Positions 25,887-35,678 of a stretch of 44,636 bases of DNA are shown one piece after another. This DNA is from a virus (lineage: Duplodnaviria; Caudoviricetes): positions 1-44,636 of the IMG/VR virus record IMGVR_UViG_3300017648_000193; one strand, written 5' to 3'. Below the pieces are notes generated by a model. That model worked only from the letters and a program-made list of their open reading frames with translations. It did no database searches and was not told where the DNA came from. Both the position numbers and the translations under genes were made by a program. The number at the start of each line of letters is the position of its first letter. The first letter of the stretch is position 1.

Positions 25887-26333
25887 ATGTCCAGTGTTGA
25901 GCAGGTCGAGGCCGAACTCGACGCGCAGATCGCGGCTCTGACAGATGAGGAGATCGACGGAATCTACGCCGGGGCTCCCGAGCGGTTTCAGGATATCGGG
26001 GATGAAACGATCCCGGTCGAGCAGCCGGAGGGCGGGGTCGAGCCGGAACTGTTGGAGCCACCCTCCGGGAAGGTCTTGCTCCGGAATATCAACTATCCGA
26101 ACGAGGTGATCTACCTCACGCAGGATGGTGAGTTTACCGGAGAGTCGGTCAACTTCATCGAAGGGTCGCTGATCGTCAGCGAGGATATTGCCGATCAGGT
26201 GACCGCTGCCTGCCCGTGGGCAAAGCGGGAGCCGCAAACCGGTCAGGTGCTGGAGTTCGAGCACACAGGGTTCAAGACTCGCGTTCCCAGTATCTACCAG
26301 CAGCACGTCGCGGCGTACTACGACAACCTCTAG
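25887..26333 (+). CDS. Hypothetical acidic protein
   Basis: ORF in the late operon with AAGGGG RBS. Confidence 0.75.
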   Translation: MSSVEQVEAELDAQIAALTDEEIDGIYAGAPERFQDIGDETIPVEQPEGGVEPELLEPPSGKVLLRNINYPNEVIYLTQDGEFTGESVNFIEGSLIVSEDIADQVTAACPWAKREPQTGQVLEFEHTGFKTRVPSIYQQHVAAYYDNL

Positions 26334-26342
26334 GGCAGTGCA

Positions 26343-27755
26343 ATGAACCGGATCACCATTCAGGGCGAAAGCGCCTACGAACTCGCCGTTCGTCAGGGAT
26401 TTTCCGGAACCGAGACGGATTGGCTGGCGGGCCTGAAGGGCGCCGATGGTCGTGATGGCATCGACGGGACACCGGGAACGCCGGGCCGGGACGGCATTGA
26501 TGGTGATACGGGGAAGAGCGCCTACGAGATCGCCGTGATCAACGGCTTCGAGGGGTCCGAGGGTGAGTGGATCGAGAGCCTGAGGGGAGAGGTTGGGCCC
26601 GAGGGTCCGGACGGAGAACAAGGGGAGACCGGGCCGGAGGGCCCTCAGGGACCGCAGGGGCCACCCGGTGCCGGTCTCTTCATCCTCGACATCCTGGACG
26701 ATGAGGCGGACCTCCCCGCCGAGGGGAGTGCGGGCGATGCCTATCTGATCGGCGGCATCGTCTATACGTGGATTGACGAGGATTGGGCCAACATCGGGCC
26801 GCTTCAGGGGCCGCAGGGTCCAGAAGGTCCGCAGGGCGTCCCCGGAACAACGACATGGGAGGGGATCGAGGACAAGCCGACGATCCCGAGCAAGACATCG
26901 GACCTTACCAACGACAGCGGATTCCTGACAGCCCATCAGGATATCTCCGGTCTGGTGCCAAAGACGACCACCGTCAACGGCCATGCCTTATCGTCGAATG
27001 TCTCCGTCACCAAGGCGGATGTCAGTCTCGGCAACGTCACCAACGATGCGCAGGTCAAGGTTTCCGATGTCGATACGTCAACATCGCTCGGATCGTCGGA
27101 TACGAAAGTCCCCAGCCAGAAGGCGGTTAAGTCCTACGTCGATACCGGTCTGGTCGGGAAGGCGAATGCATCCCACACGCACACCGTTTCGGATATCACC
27201 ACCGACGGGACTGCGAGCAACGCGACGTTCCTGCGTGGCGATGGACGATGGGCCGGGGTCACGGGCGGAGGAGCCGTCTCGGTCACTGCGCTTACGGACC
27301 GGTCGGAGATCAACGTGGCCTCGATGCTCACCGCCGAGATGCAATCGGGGACGGCCACGCTGGGGAAGGTCATCTCTCCCGCGACGCTGAAGGCCGCGAT
27401 TGGCTACCATCCTCCGGCTTCGCACACTCACACGATAACCAGTGCGATCAATGTCGCATTCGACGGGGCTGGCTCTCCGCTGGAAGCCCAGGATGTCCGG
27501 GTCATCGTGCCGTGGGCATGCACCCTCGCCGGATGGCGTCTGGCGGCAGACGTTTCCGGCAGTGTCACCGCGACGATTGTCAATGACGGTACGAGCGTCA
27601 CGATCTCCAGCGCGCCAAAGCTGACGAGTCAGAAGACGGCGAATGGATCACTTAGCTCATCACTGATTGCCAACACGATCCTTCGTGTTTCGATCAATGC
27701 CGCGACGAGTATCACCAATCTTGTCGTGATGCTATCGCTAAATCGGAGTGTGTAA
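26343..27755 (+). CDS. Collagen-like fibre protein
   Basis: Two SAYE.A...GF.G.E..W...L.G repeats, Gly-X-Y runs, HTH/HSH fibre motifs. Confidence 0.88.
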   Translation: MNRITIQGESAYELAVRQGFSGTETDWLAGLKGADGRDGIDGTPGTPGRDGIDGDTGKSAYEIAVINGFEGSEGEWIESLRGEVGPEGPDGEQGETGPEGPQGPQGPPGAGLFILDILDDEADLPAEGSAGDAYLIGGIVYTWIDEDWANIGPLQGPQGPEGPQGVPGTTTWEGIEDKPTIPSKTSDLTNDSGFLTAHQDISGLVPKTTTVNGHALSSNVSVTKADVSLGNVTNDAQVKVSDVDTSTSLGSSDTKVPSQKAVKSYVDTGLVGKANASHTHTVSDITTDGTASNATFLRGDGRWAGVTGGGAVSVTALTDRSEINVASMLTAEMQSGTATLGKVISPATLKAAIGYHPPASHTHTITSAINVAFDGAGSPLEAQDVRVIVPWACTLAGWRLAADVSGSVTATIVNDGTSVTISSAPKLTSQKTANGSLSSSLIANTILRVSINAATSITNLVVMLSLNRSV

Positions 27756-28229
27756 ATGGCAACGGTCGAACCTCTCATTTTTTTGAGCCCGAATGGGTCA
27801 AGAGACCGGGACGGCTCGGTTACGGTATCAACTGATGCAAATGTCATGACAAACCGTGGCGTAAATACATGGTATGCAGGATTGGGGACTCCGTACACGG
27901 TGTCCTCAGCACACCCCGCGACGCCGCCTAAAATGATCGCCGTCCACTTTCATCCGAATCCATCTCCACTTCCGGAAAACAAGGGACTCTATGCGTTCTC
28001 TGGGGCATCGATCTCGGTCAATAGTTTCAATATCTCAATATCAAGCGGGACTCTTGTCATTGATATGCCATCGACCACACCTGGCCCGTATCTGGTCGCG
28101 GTTGCAACCTTTGATCGTACTGTCCCCCCATCCGAGCAAAGCCGGATGACTGACCTGTCAGCATGGACATGGGCTGATCTTTCATGGGAGGGGTCAGACC
28201 AGACAGCACAGGTCATCGTGATCGACTAG
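27756..28229 (+). CDS. Hypothetical fibre-associated protein (apparent paralog of 5541..6560)
   Basis: Lower GC; N- and C-termini resemble the spike protein. Confidence 0.7.
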   Translation: MATVEPLIFLSPNGSRDRDGSVTVSTDANVMTNRGVNTWYAGLGTPYTVSSAHPATPPKMIAVHFHPNPSPLPENKGLYAFSGASISVNSFNISISSGTLVIDMPSTTPGPYLVAVATFDRTVPPSEQSRMTDLSAWTWADLSWEGSDQTAQVIVID

Positions 28230-28239
28230 GAGGACTGTT

Positions 28240-28524
28240 ATGGCCATCCAGATTACGGCTGGCGAGCCGATCAGGTCATGGTTCGCCCATCGTCCCGGTC
28301 GCACCATGACGGTTGCGTACACGGAGCGGTCGGACGGAACACATTTTGACGACACGTTGACCCTGACCGATCTCGGAAACGGCGTGTATCGACTCGATGG
28401 CGATACATCAACCGACGACCCTCACGGCGAATGGTATGTGCTCGTGGAGGCCGACGACGGAACACGGTTCGATCAGCATTTCGATGTCCTGCCGATCCCG
28501 GCGTACTACGACAAGGTGTGGTAA
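28240..28524 (+). CDS. Stand-alone Ig-like domain protein
   Basis: GNGVYRL...GEWYVLVE Ig-like pattern; paralog of the next gene's N-terminus. Confidence 0.75.
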   Translation: MAIQITAGEPIRSWFAHRPGRTMTVAYTERSDGTHFDDTLTLTDLGNGVYRLDGDTSTDDPHGEWYVLVEADDGTRFDQHFDVLPIPAYYDKVW

Positions 28525-29664
28525 ATGGCGATCCAACTCACACGCGGTGAGCCTCTGGTGAGTTGGCTCACCTATCTCGATCAGGATCAGAACCCGGAAA
28601 CCGGACGGACATTCACGGTCATCCGGGCGGACCGGGCGGACGGAACCAGCTTCGCCGATACGTTGTCGTGGGAAGAAACCGATGCCGGTATCTACAAGTT
28701 CACGGCTCCGACATCGCCATCTGACCCCGACGGGACATGGTATCTGGCCGTCGAGTCCGATCTCGGGCATCGGTTCGATGACTCGTTCGACGTGCTGGCA
28801 ACCCCGCCCATCCAGATCGTGGCGCACCCGCCGGGATCGAACCAGACCGGAACCAGCCGGGCCGAACTCCGCCGCATGATCGCGTCCCGGATCGGCGACC
28901 TGATTCTCGTCCGGGCAACGGAAGGGTCCACGAACTCGCAGGTGATCTCGCATCAGGACCTGCTCTTCCCGAACCATGAGCTGAAGGGGATGGATATCAT
29001 CTGCACCGCCGGGAATCTCGCGAACGTCAGCCAGACGGCGGTGGTCACGGTAAGCAGTGGCGATACCCGGAGCCTTGGCTTCGCCCCTCCCCTCCCTTTG
29101 CCAACCGTCGCCGGAGACACGTTCGAGCTGTACAACCGACGTGGGATCGGATGGCGCATCGCCGACTACAACTTCGCGATCAATCATGCAATCCGTCAGG
29201 CGGGAGAGGATCACGCGACCGAGCCGCATGTCGAGATGCTTGGCCACGCATACACCCGAGACGAAATCATCCCGATCCCGGAAGTTTTTTGCCGATTCTC
29301 CGGGGTGGAAATCATCGACCGGCGCGGCAGGAGATCGAGTGTGCCGCCGACCGGCTGGGAAGTTGATGTGGCGAGCCGCGAGGTCTACCTGAAGCGAGGC
29401 TGGGAACACAAGGCGCACCGACAGTCGATCCGCCTCCGGGGGCACAAGGTGCCGCCCCAGCTTTTCGGCGATGCCGACCGGACGCGCATCCCTACCGAAT
29501 GGCTCGTTCATGAGGCGCTGACGCACCTGTACCAGCAGAACACGAGCACGATGCTCAATTCCGGAGATGCGTCCCGCCTGCTCTTCATGGAGCGGCAGGG
29601 AGCGGATGGCCGGAGGTCGTCGATCCTGACCGTCTACGAGCCGAACACCGTCGCCATGGATTAG
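28525..29664 (+). CDS. Head-tail adaptor / tail tubular protein with N-terminal Ig-like domain
   Basis: SRAELRRMIASRIGD...YNFAINHAIR adaptor-like helices; position. Confidence 0.65.
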   Translation: MAIQLTRGEPLVSWLTYLDQDQNPETGRTFTVIRADRADGTSFADTLSWEETDAGIYKFTAPTSPSDPDGTWYLAVESDLGHRFDDSFDVLATPPIQIVAHPPGSNQTGTSRAELRRMIASRIGDLILVRATEGSTNSQVISHQDLLFPNHELKGMDIICTAGNLANVSQTAVVTVSSGDTRSLGFAPPLPLPTVAGDTFELYNRRGIGWRIADYNFAINHAIRQAGEDHATEPHVEMLGHAYTRDEIIPIPEVFCRFSGVEIIDRRGRRSSVPPTGWEVDVASREVYLKRGWEHKAHRQSIRLRGHKVPPQLFGDADRTRIPTEWLVHEALTHLYQQNTSTMLNSGDASRLLFMERQGADGRRSSILTVYEPNTVAMD

Positions 29665-29668
29665 TGTC

Positions 29669-31642
29669 ATGAACCCGATCACCTACAACAATATCGCACC
29701 GGTATCGCGGGAAGATGACATCACCACTCCGAGCGAGACTGTTCGGCTGGCGGGAAAAATCCTCCCGCTCACCGGGCCACCGAATGTGACGGGGAACGGT
29801 CGGTTTCAGGGGAAGGTGACGTTCGGCGACTACTCGCACGACAGCGACCCCATCACATCGAGCTGGGTTATCGCATCGCTGGTGGGGGGTATCGGGAACG
29901 AACATCTGAAAGAGGGCGTGGACGACGAAACCTACTGGACGGGATCGCTGGAGACCCGGCACCCCGGCATGATTACACTCCTACCGGAGACGCTTGAATT
30001 CACCGGTCCCGTGACGGGTGCGGCCTACCCTCTTGGCGACTTCCCGCCCACGTCACCACAGTTCTATTGCACGTTCGGATCGACGATTGCCCGGTTCAAT
30101 GTCGGGACTCAGGAGTTTGACTCCATCGGCGTGTTGCCCGGCGTTCCCGTCGGGAAGGGCGTGGTCTACGCGAACAAGATGTGGATACCGCTGGGGATCA
30201 ACGGGTACGCCACGCTGGACAGCGACGGCGATATCCAGACCGAGACCGACCTGAACGTGGTCCATTTCTCGTACTGGGATAACAAGTTGGCCGCGCTCAC
30301 GACCGAGAACGCCCTGAGGATCAAGTTCGGAGAACTCCCCTGGGAAGATGAGGAGGATGACCTGATCCTCCCGGCTGGTGCGCTGCCGAGACGGCTCGTT
30401 GTTTTCCGGAACCAGGAGGGCTACCCCACGCTTCACCTGATTACGAGCGAGGGAGTTTGGGCATACGACCGTCAGAACCAAATCCTGATGCAAACCGAGC
30501 TGCAGTATCCCCGGCATCCCAGTCAGGGACGGGCCGCATGCAACTGGCGCGGCGAGGCACTGTACGTTTCGGTCGGCATCGGCATCCATATGTACACCGG
30601 TGGGCTGATCAACTCGATGGGACCAGATGGCCGATACGGTCTTCCGGAGAACCTGCGCGGGACGATCACCGATCTGGAGCCCGAGTACAACGCATTGCTG
30701 GCGCTCGTGCAGGGATCGACCGTCACCGGGGAGAAGAATCAGGACTACACGTTGGCCACGGGACAGTATGGAGATCGTCTCGACCCATTCCCGGACTCGG
30801 TATCGTACTCATCGCTCCTGCGCTGGACGGGACGGGCATGGCACCCGGCATGGTTGTCGGACGATGCCACCGGAACGCCGACGTGGGCGTATGTCTCGAT
30901 TGCGAGCAATGAGTACTACCTCTGGTGGGGTTATGGATCGACGATGCTCCGGCAGAAACTACCGCTCGATCAGTACACGCCGCTTCAGGGGATGCGCGTT
31001 GGCGAGAGCCGGTTCGCCCAGCGCGGCGAGTTGCTGACCGGGTGGTTCGACGCCGACATGCCCGCCTACGACAAGCTGGCCAGTCACATCGAGGTCGTGC
31101 TCGATGACGTTCTGGGGAACGGGAGATCGACCGGCAAGGTTCAGGTCTACATGCAGAAGGATTACTCCACCGCGTGGACGCTGGTGGGGGATGCAACCAA
31201 GCCGGGACGAACCGTCCTTCCCTTCAATCTTGTCGAACGGGCCGGTGGCCCTTTCCGGGACGGACAGTCGTTTCGCCGGGTTCGGTTCCGCCTCGTGTTC
31301 AGCTCGACCAACCCCCTGTACAGTCCCGTGCTTTCCAGCTTCCAGATCAGATTCCTCAAACTCCCGGTGCCGAGCCTGTCATGGACGATCAACGTCGATC
31401 TCCAGCATCCGTCGTTCCTGAACCAGGGAGCGCGGGAGCTGACCGAGTTCCTGCGCGGTCTCTCATCCGGCAACCAGTTCCATGAGTTCATTCACCGGGA
31501 CCAGAGCTACAGCGTTCGCGTCGCGCAGACGACCGGTCACGAGATGACCGGGAAGGATAACCGAGCCACGATGCAACTCAGCCTGATCGAGATCAAGGTG
31601 CCGGACGATGAATTCGCGCCGATTCAGGATATCACCGTATGA
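29669..31642 (+). CDS. Tail nozzle/stabilisation protein (P22 gp10 / T7 gp12-like)
   Basis: 657 aa, beta-propeller-like; GELLTGWFD...RRVRFRLVF C-terminal pattern. Confidence 0.7.
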   Translation: MNPITYNNIAPVSREDDITTPSETVRLAGKILPLTGPPNVTGNGRFQGKVTFGDYSHDSDPITSSWVIASLVGGIGNEHLKEGVDDETYWTGSLETRHPGMITLLPETLEFTGPVTGAAYPLGDFPPTSPQFYCTFGSTIARFNVGTQEFDSIGVLPGVPVGKGVVYANKMWIPLGINGYATLDSDGDIQTETDLNVVHFSYWDNKLAALTTENALRIKFGELPWEDEEDDLILPAGALPRRLVVFRNQEGYPTLHLITSEGVWAYDRQNQILMQTELQYPRHPSQGRAACNWRGEALYVSVGIGIHMYTGGLINSMGPDGRYGLPENLRGTITDLEPEYNALLALVQGSTVTGEKNQDYTLATGQYGDRLDPFPDSVSYSSLLRWTGRAWHPAWLSDDATGTPTWAYVSIASNEYYLWWGYGSTMLRQKLPLDQYTPLQGMRVGESRFAQRGELLTGWFDADMPAYDKLASHIEVVLDDVLGNGRSTGKVQVYMQKDYSTAWTLVGDATKPGRTVLPFNLVERAGGPFRDGQSFRRVRFRLVFSSTNPLYSPVLSSFQIRFLKLPVPSLSWTINVDLQHPSFLNQGARELTEFLRGLSSGNQFHEFIHRDQSYSVRVAQTTGHEMTGKDNRATMQLSLIEIKVPDDEFAPIQDITV

Positions 31643-32256
31643 GTCAGAACATGAACAACAGAAACCGGCGCGATCTGATTCGTCCGCCCATCCTGCGCTC
31701 GCCGCCGATGACACCGCGCGGTCCGCTATTGACCCGAGAGCCTGCAGACAAGGGGTATCAGGGGAAGGCGGCAGTTCCGCCCGACAACTTCGTGGGCGGG
31801 AACAACAGTCAGTACGAGTGGCAGATTTACCACGCGCTGGCAAAGGTCACGGGCGAGCCGAAAGACCCACGCATGCCGCCATTCATCGGTGCCCCCGGCA
31901 TCTGGTCGTACCAGAAGGCGTGGGACGACGGGAGACATATGCCGGGCGGGTCCGTGATCGACTTCGTGGTCTATGCGGGAGGCCACAGCCGCAACACCAT
32001 CGCGGTTCGAGTGCAGACCGAGCACTTCCATATCTTCGCCAGCCAGGACGTTCAGGCGTACGACATGCTCCAGTACTGGAGGCTGTCGGAGTTCTTTCAG
32101 GTCATCGACGTATATGACTCCGATTTCGCATGGGACCCGACCAACGCGGCGGCATGTTCCGTGGTGGCCGACATGCTGGCCGGGAAGGTTTTCCCGAATC
32201 CGATCACCAACGGAACTTCACAACGGGTAGCCAGACAGAAGTTCGTCTCCGTGTAG
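31639..32256 (+). CDS. DUF559/Vsr-like PD-(D/E)xK-fold protein
   Basis: SQYEWQIYHAL...IDFVV...IAVRVQTEHFH...VIDVYDSD. Confidence 0.6.
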   Translation: MSQNMNNRNRRDLIRPPILRSPPMTPRGPLLTREPADKGYQGKAAVPPDNFVGGNNSQYEWQIYHALAKVTGEPKDPRMPPFIGAPGIWSYQKAWDDGRHMPGGSVIDFVVYAGGHSRNTIAVRVQTEHFHIFASQDVQAYDMLQYWRLSEFFQVIDVYDSDFAWDPTNAAACSVVADMLAGKVFPNPITNGTSQRVARQKFVSV

Positions 32257-32284
32257 TGGTCTGGCAGTTGAACTGCCGGATCAC
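32256..32284. repeat. Palindrome copy 3 (variant)
   Basis: GTGGTCTGGCAGTT-G-AACTGCCGGATCAC, followed by TACCTT at 32289. Confidence 0.9.
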
Positions 32285-32316
32285 CCCATACCTTTCTCCC
32301 CAGAAGGGAGTTGGGT

Positions 32317-33921
32317 ATGCGAGCGACCGGCGTCGTTACGACGGTGAAGACCGGGGCACCAGTCCCCGATGGCACAACCGTCGAACTGTACCTCTACGAA
32401 GGGAATACGCTCACCTCAACCACCACAACAAACGGTGGTGAATTTTCGTTCTCCTTCAACGGGAACCCTGGACCTTATTACATCCGGGTGGACTCATCCT
32501 CAGAGGTCCATATCCACTCCAGCAAGGTCATCGGTGTCGCGGGATCGATCGACATTTCCAGCCTCCCCCTCTACTTCCGCATGTGGCAGAACGGGGTTCT
32601 CCGTGACGTTCTGGGCGAACTCGCCGTTAGCGCCAACGGTTCGGGCATGCAGGTGTCGGTGGCACCCGGTGTCGGTATCGTCCGTGGTCTCATATACGAC
32701 CAGAGCGGAACGGTCACTGTCCCGATCTCCGCATCGGACAGTCAGCCCCGGATCGACGTTGTGGCACTGGAAGTCGTGCCGTCCGGCGCGAACACGACGA
32801 CGGAGGGGCGGTCTCGCCTTGTCGTGGTCAAGGGGTCTCCCGGCGCTCAGCCCGTCGCCCCGTCGCTGACGCAGACGACAAACCTGTGGCAGGAGCCCAT
32901 CGCTCACGTTCGCGTCGATGGAAGCGCCGTGCTTATCGCCGCCGACAAGGTGACGGACAAGCGCGTCGGCGTCACGATCCGTCTGGGGACCGGTCAGGTG
33001 GACACCGTCCACCTCGCGGACGGAGCGGTGACCAACCCCAAGCTGGCCGTCGATGCCGTCAGTACCGACCGGATCGTGGACGGTGCCGTGTCCGGAGCCA
33101 AGCTGAAGGCGGGATCGGTCACGGCAGAGAAGGTTGCCAGCAACGCGGTCGGGACATCCTCCCTGATCGACGGGGCGGTCACGGGGGACAAGATCGCCAG
33201 TGGATCCGTTACCAGCGGGAAGGTGGCCGCGAAGTCGATCACCACGGAGAAGATCGCCGATGGCGCCGTTGGCGCAACGCAACTCGCGGATGGAGCTGTC
33301 ACTTCCGGGAAGATAGGATCCCGCGTGGTGACGGAACCGGCGATTGGCCAGAATGCCGTGACAGCCTATCAGATCGCCGACGGGTCTGTCTCGGCCTCGT
33401 CGATAGCGAACCTCGCGGTCACGACGGCAAAAATCGCCAACGCGGCTGTGACCAAGGACAAGATCGCCGCAAACGCCGTGTCGGAGGACCGGCTGGATGC
33501 GGCGGTTCGGACGAAGCTGAACGCCAGTAGCGGTGCGGATGCGACATTCAAGGACGTGAACTTCGCCGCGACCGGTCAGGTCGGGGGCTGGCGAACGCTG
33601 GCGACCGCGAGCCTGACGCTCGCTGCCGGGAAGTGGCTAATCGAGTCCGACGTGAATTTCACCGCACGCGGGATGGGCGGATCGGGCACCGTCACCGTGC
33701 AGTTGACCGGGAACGGTTCTCCGCAGGGGGGCGATGAATCGTCTCGCATCTTCCAGACCGTGGGTGGTGTGCCGCGCCTGATCCGGCTGACCGGTCGCAT
33801 CATTGTCAACACCAGCTCAGCGAAGACATACACCGTAAACGCCCGGGTCGTTCATGACTCCGGTGATCCGACTGATGCCCGGGATGGCGTGCTTTTCGTG
33901 AAGGCATGGAAGGTCGGGTAG
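32317..33921 (+). CDS. Tail fibre/spike protein with DGAVTxxKIA repeats
   Basis: Tandem 10-aa repeats; GMQVSVAPG...QPRIDVV baseplate-like domain; beta-sandwich tip. Confidence 0.85.
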   Translation: MRATGVVTTVKTGAPVPDGTTVELYLYEGNTLTSTTTTNGGEFSFSFNGNPGPYYIRVDSSSEVHIHSSKVIGVAGSIDISSLPLYFRMWQNGVLRDVLGELAVSANGSGMQVSVAPGVGIVRGLIYDQSGTVTVPISASDSQPRIDVVALEVVPSGANTTTEGRSRLVVVKGSPGAQPVAPSLTQTTNLWQEPIAHVRVDGSAVLIAADKVTDKRVGVTIRLGTGQVDTVHLADGAVTNPKLAVDAVSTDRIVDGAVSGAKLKAGSVTAEKVASNAVGTSSLIDGAVTGDKIASGSVTSGKVAAKSITTEKIADGAVGATQLADGAVTSGKIGSRVVTEPAIGQNAVTAYQIADGSVSASSIANLAVTTAKIANAAVTKDKIAANAVSEDRLDAAVRTKLNASSGADATFKDVNFAATGQVGGWRTLATASLTLAAGKWLIESDVNFTARGMGGSGTVTVQLTGNGSPQGGDESSRIFQTVGGVPRLIRLTGRIIVNTSSAKTYTVNARVVHDSGDPTDARDGVLFVKAWKVG

Positions 33922-33954
33922 GACGCATGATCACACGACCAAGGACACAGAGTC

Positions 33955-34170
33955 ATGAGTGGTGGCGAATGGACGGTGGTCCTCGCGAGCGCAACCGGGG
34001 TGGTGACCGCAATCGGTACTGCGTTTGGCGTGCTGATCAACCTCCTCATTACACAGTCAAAGGAAACCATCGGCGAGATACGGAAGGATCGGGATTATTG
34101 GCGGGAGCGAGCGGAGCGATGCGAGATGAGCCGGATTATCAGCGGTCAGACCTCCTCCCCCGCCCGGTGA
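33955..34170 (+). CDS. Small membrane protein (holin-like / lysis accessory)
   Basis: One TM helix followed by coiled EIRKDRDYWRERAE; upstream of the endolysin. Confidence 0.6.
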   Translation: MSGGEWTVVLASATGVVTAIGTAFGVLINLLITQSKETIGEIRKDRDYWRERAERCEMSRIISGQTSSPAR

Positions 34171-34255
34171 TGCGATTCATGACGTGGATAGGCTTATTCG
34201 ATTTGGACTGGCTCGATGAGATGCGGGAACTTGCCCGAGATACGCGGAGAACGAC

Positions 34256-35362
34256 ATGTCATATTCAACAGTAATCCCCGGACTCGAAGGTGGTCCGCTC
34301 CTGACCAACCACCCTGTCTTCATTAAGCTACTGCCTCTCGACGGATATATGCGACCGGGAACCGGATTCTCCGGCACCCCGATCATGGTCCAGCACGGTA
34401 CCGGGAACCCCAACAGCAGCGCTGCCAGTGAGGCCCGATGGCTTGTGGACGACCGCGCGTCGGGATCGCAGCAGAGCTATCATTACATCACCGATGACAA
34501 GGAAACGTGGGTCTGCCTCCCGCTCAATGAGCATGGATGGCATGCGGCGGACAGCGGCGGCCCCGGCAACATGCGTGGTATCGCCTGCGAAATGATCGAG
34601 AGCACCGCCGTTTGGAACGATCCCGCCCGGCGCGCCAAGTGCATCGAGAATGCGGCGGAGATCATGGGTCGCACGGCGGCGAGAAAGAAGGCCAGCGGCC
34701 CCGAGCAGCATTGGGCTTTCAACTACATGTTGCCGACCAACCTACGCCATGACTGCCCGAACAAGTTGCGGCATGTGTATATCAACGGTCGCCTTGCCTG
34801 GGGAATCTACGTCGAGCGGTTCGAGTTCTACTACAACGAAGAGATCGCGTCCATGGGCGGGAAGCCAGTCCCCACGCCGGAGCCTGCGACCCCGATCAAG
34901 GCCGGGGATCGCGTTCGTGTCACCGAGAACCTGAACGTCCGTCGCGGCTATGGTCTCTCGTTCCCCGTGATCGCCACGCTCCCCGCAGGAACCATTGCGA
35001 ACGTCGGGAACGATCCCGATGGCCGTCACGCTGTCGATGCCGATGGGTATACGTGGATCAACATCGCATTCGGGAAGGACAGCGGGTGGGCGGCATCGAG
35101 CTGGTTGGAGAAGATCGCCGCCCCTGAGCCAGCCCCGGCACCAACGCCGAAGGGGAAGTCGTTCGAGGTTTTGTACGGGCCGATCCCGGTCCGCAAGGAA
35201 CCTGGATTCAACGGAAAGATCATTGGGGAGTTCTCGGTTGGGTCGAAGGGGAAGGTGGTCGATGGGCCAAAACAGATGGACACCCTGATCTGGTATCTCG
35301 TCGATGGTGATGTCGATGGATGGATACCGACCGGGATTCTCAAAGCCGTCGATGTTGCGTAG
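34256..35362 (+). CDS. Endolysin: N-acetylmuramoyl-L-alanine amidase (Amidase_2) plus two SH3 domains
   Basis: VQHGTGN, SYHYITDD, GWHAAD..GN..GIACEM, QH...HDCP; SH3 LNVRRGYG...GWAASSWL. Confidence 0.92.
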   Translation: MSYSTVIPGLEGGPLLTNHPVFIKLLPLDGYMRPGTGFSGTPIMVQHGTGNPNSSAASEARWLVDDRASGSQQSYHYITDDKETWVCLPLNEHGWHAADSGGPGNMRGIACEMIESTAVWNDPARRAKCIENAAEIMGRTAARKKASGPEQHWAFNYMLPTNLRHDCPNKLRHVYINGRLAWGIYVERFEFYYNEEIASMGGKPVPTPEPATPIKAGDRVRVTENLNVRRGYGLSFPVIATLPAGTIANVGNDPDGRHAVDADGYTWINIAFGKDSGWAASSWLEKIAAPEPAPAPTPKGKSFEVLYGPIPVRKEPGFNGKIIGEFSVGSKGKVVDGPKQMDTLIWYLVDGDVDGWIPTGILKAVDVA

Positions 35363-35374
35363 GGAGGAAGGCCA

Positions 35375-35674
35375 ATGGACAAGCACACGCCAGCCGAACG
35401 TGAATACCGCCTCGACGCATTCGCAAATGGATTGCCGTTCCACGAAGGTCCGCTCGGAGAAGTCCCTGAGTACAACGGCGTATTCGTCGAAGACCTTTTG
35501 CATGCAGCCAAAGAAAGACTGGAGCATCACAACGCTGGCCCATTCCGATGTCGAGAGAACATCCTGGCCATCACCAAGATCGAGGAAGGGCTCCACTGGT
35601 TGCAGGCGAGAACAGATCGCCGTGTCTTGGCCGGAGTCGAAGGTACGCACCAGACAATGAAAGACGAAGGATAG
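35375..35674 (+). CDS. tad1: Tad1/Acb2-family anti-defence signal-sponge protein
   Basis: F.EGP....NGV..EDLL....RL...NAGPF.CREN.LAITKIEEGL.WL..RT..R...GVEGT matches the Tad1 family motif as recalled. Confidence 0.88.
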   Translation: MDKHTPAEREYRLDAFANGLPFHEGPLGEVPEYNGVFVEDLLHAAKERLEHHNAGPFRCRENILAITKIEEGLHWLQARTDRRVLAGVEGTHQTMKDEG

Positions 35675-35678
35675 AACC

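Noticed and set aside
12114-32284. True CRISPR array or mini-array from the palindromes
   Set aside because: Copies are about 9-11 kb apart, there are no spacers or cas genes, and the 3' handle is missing.
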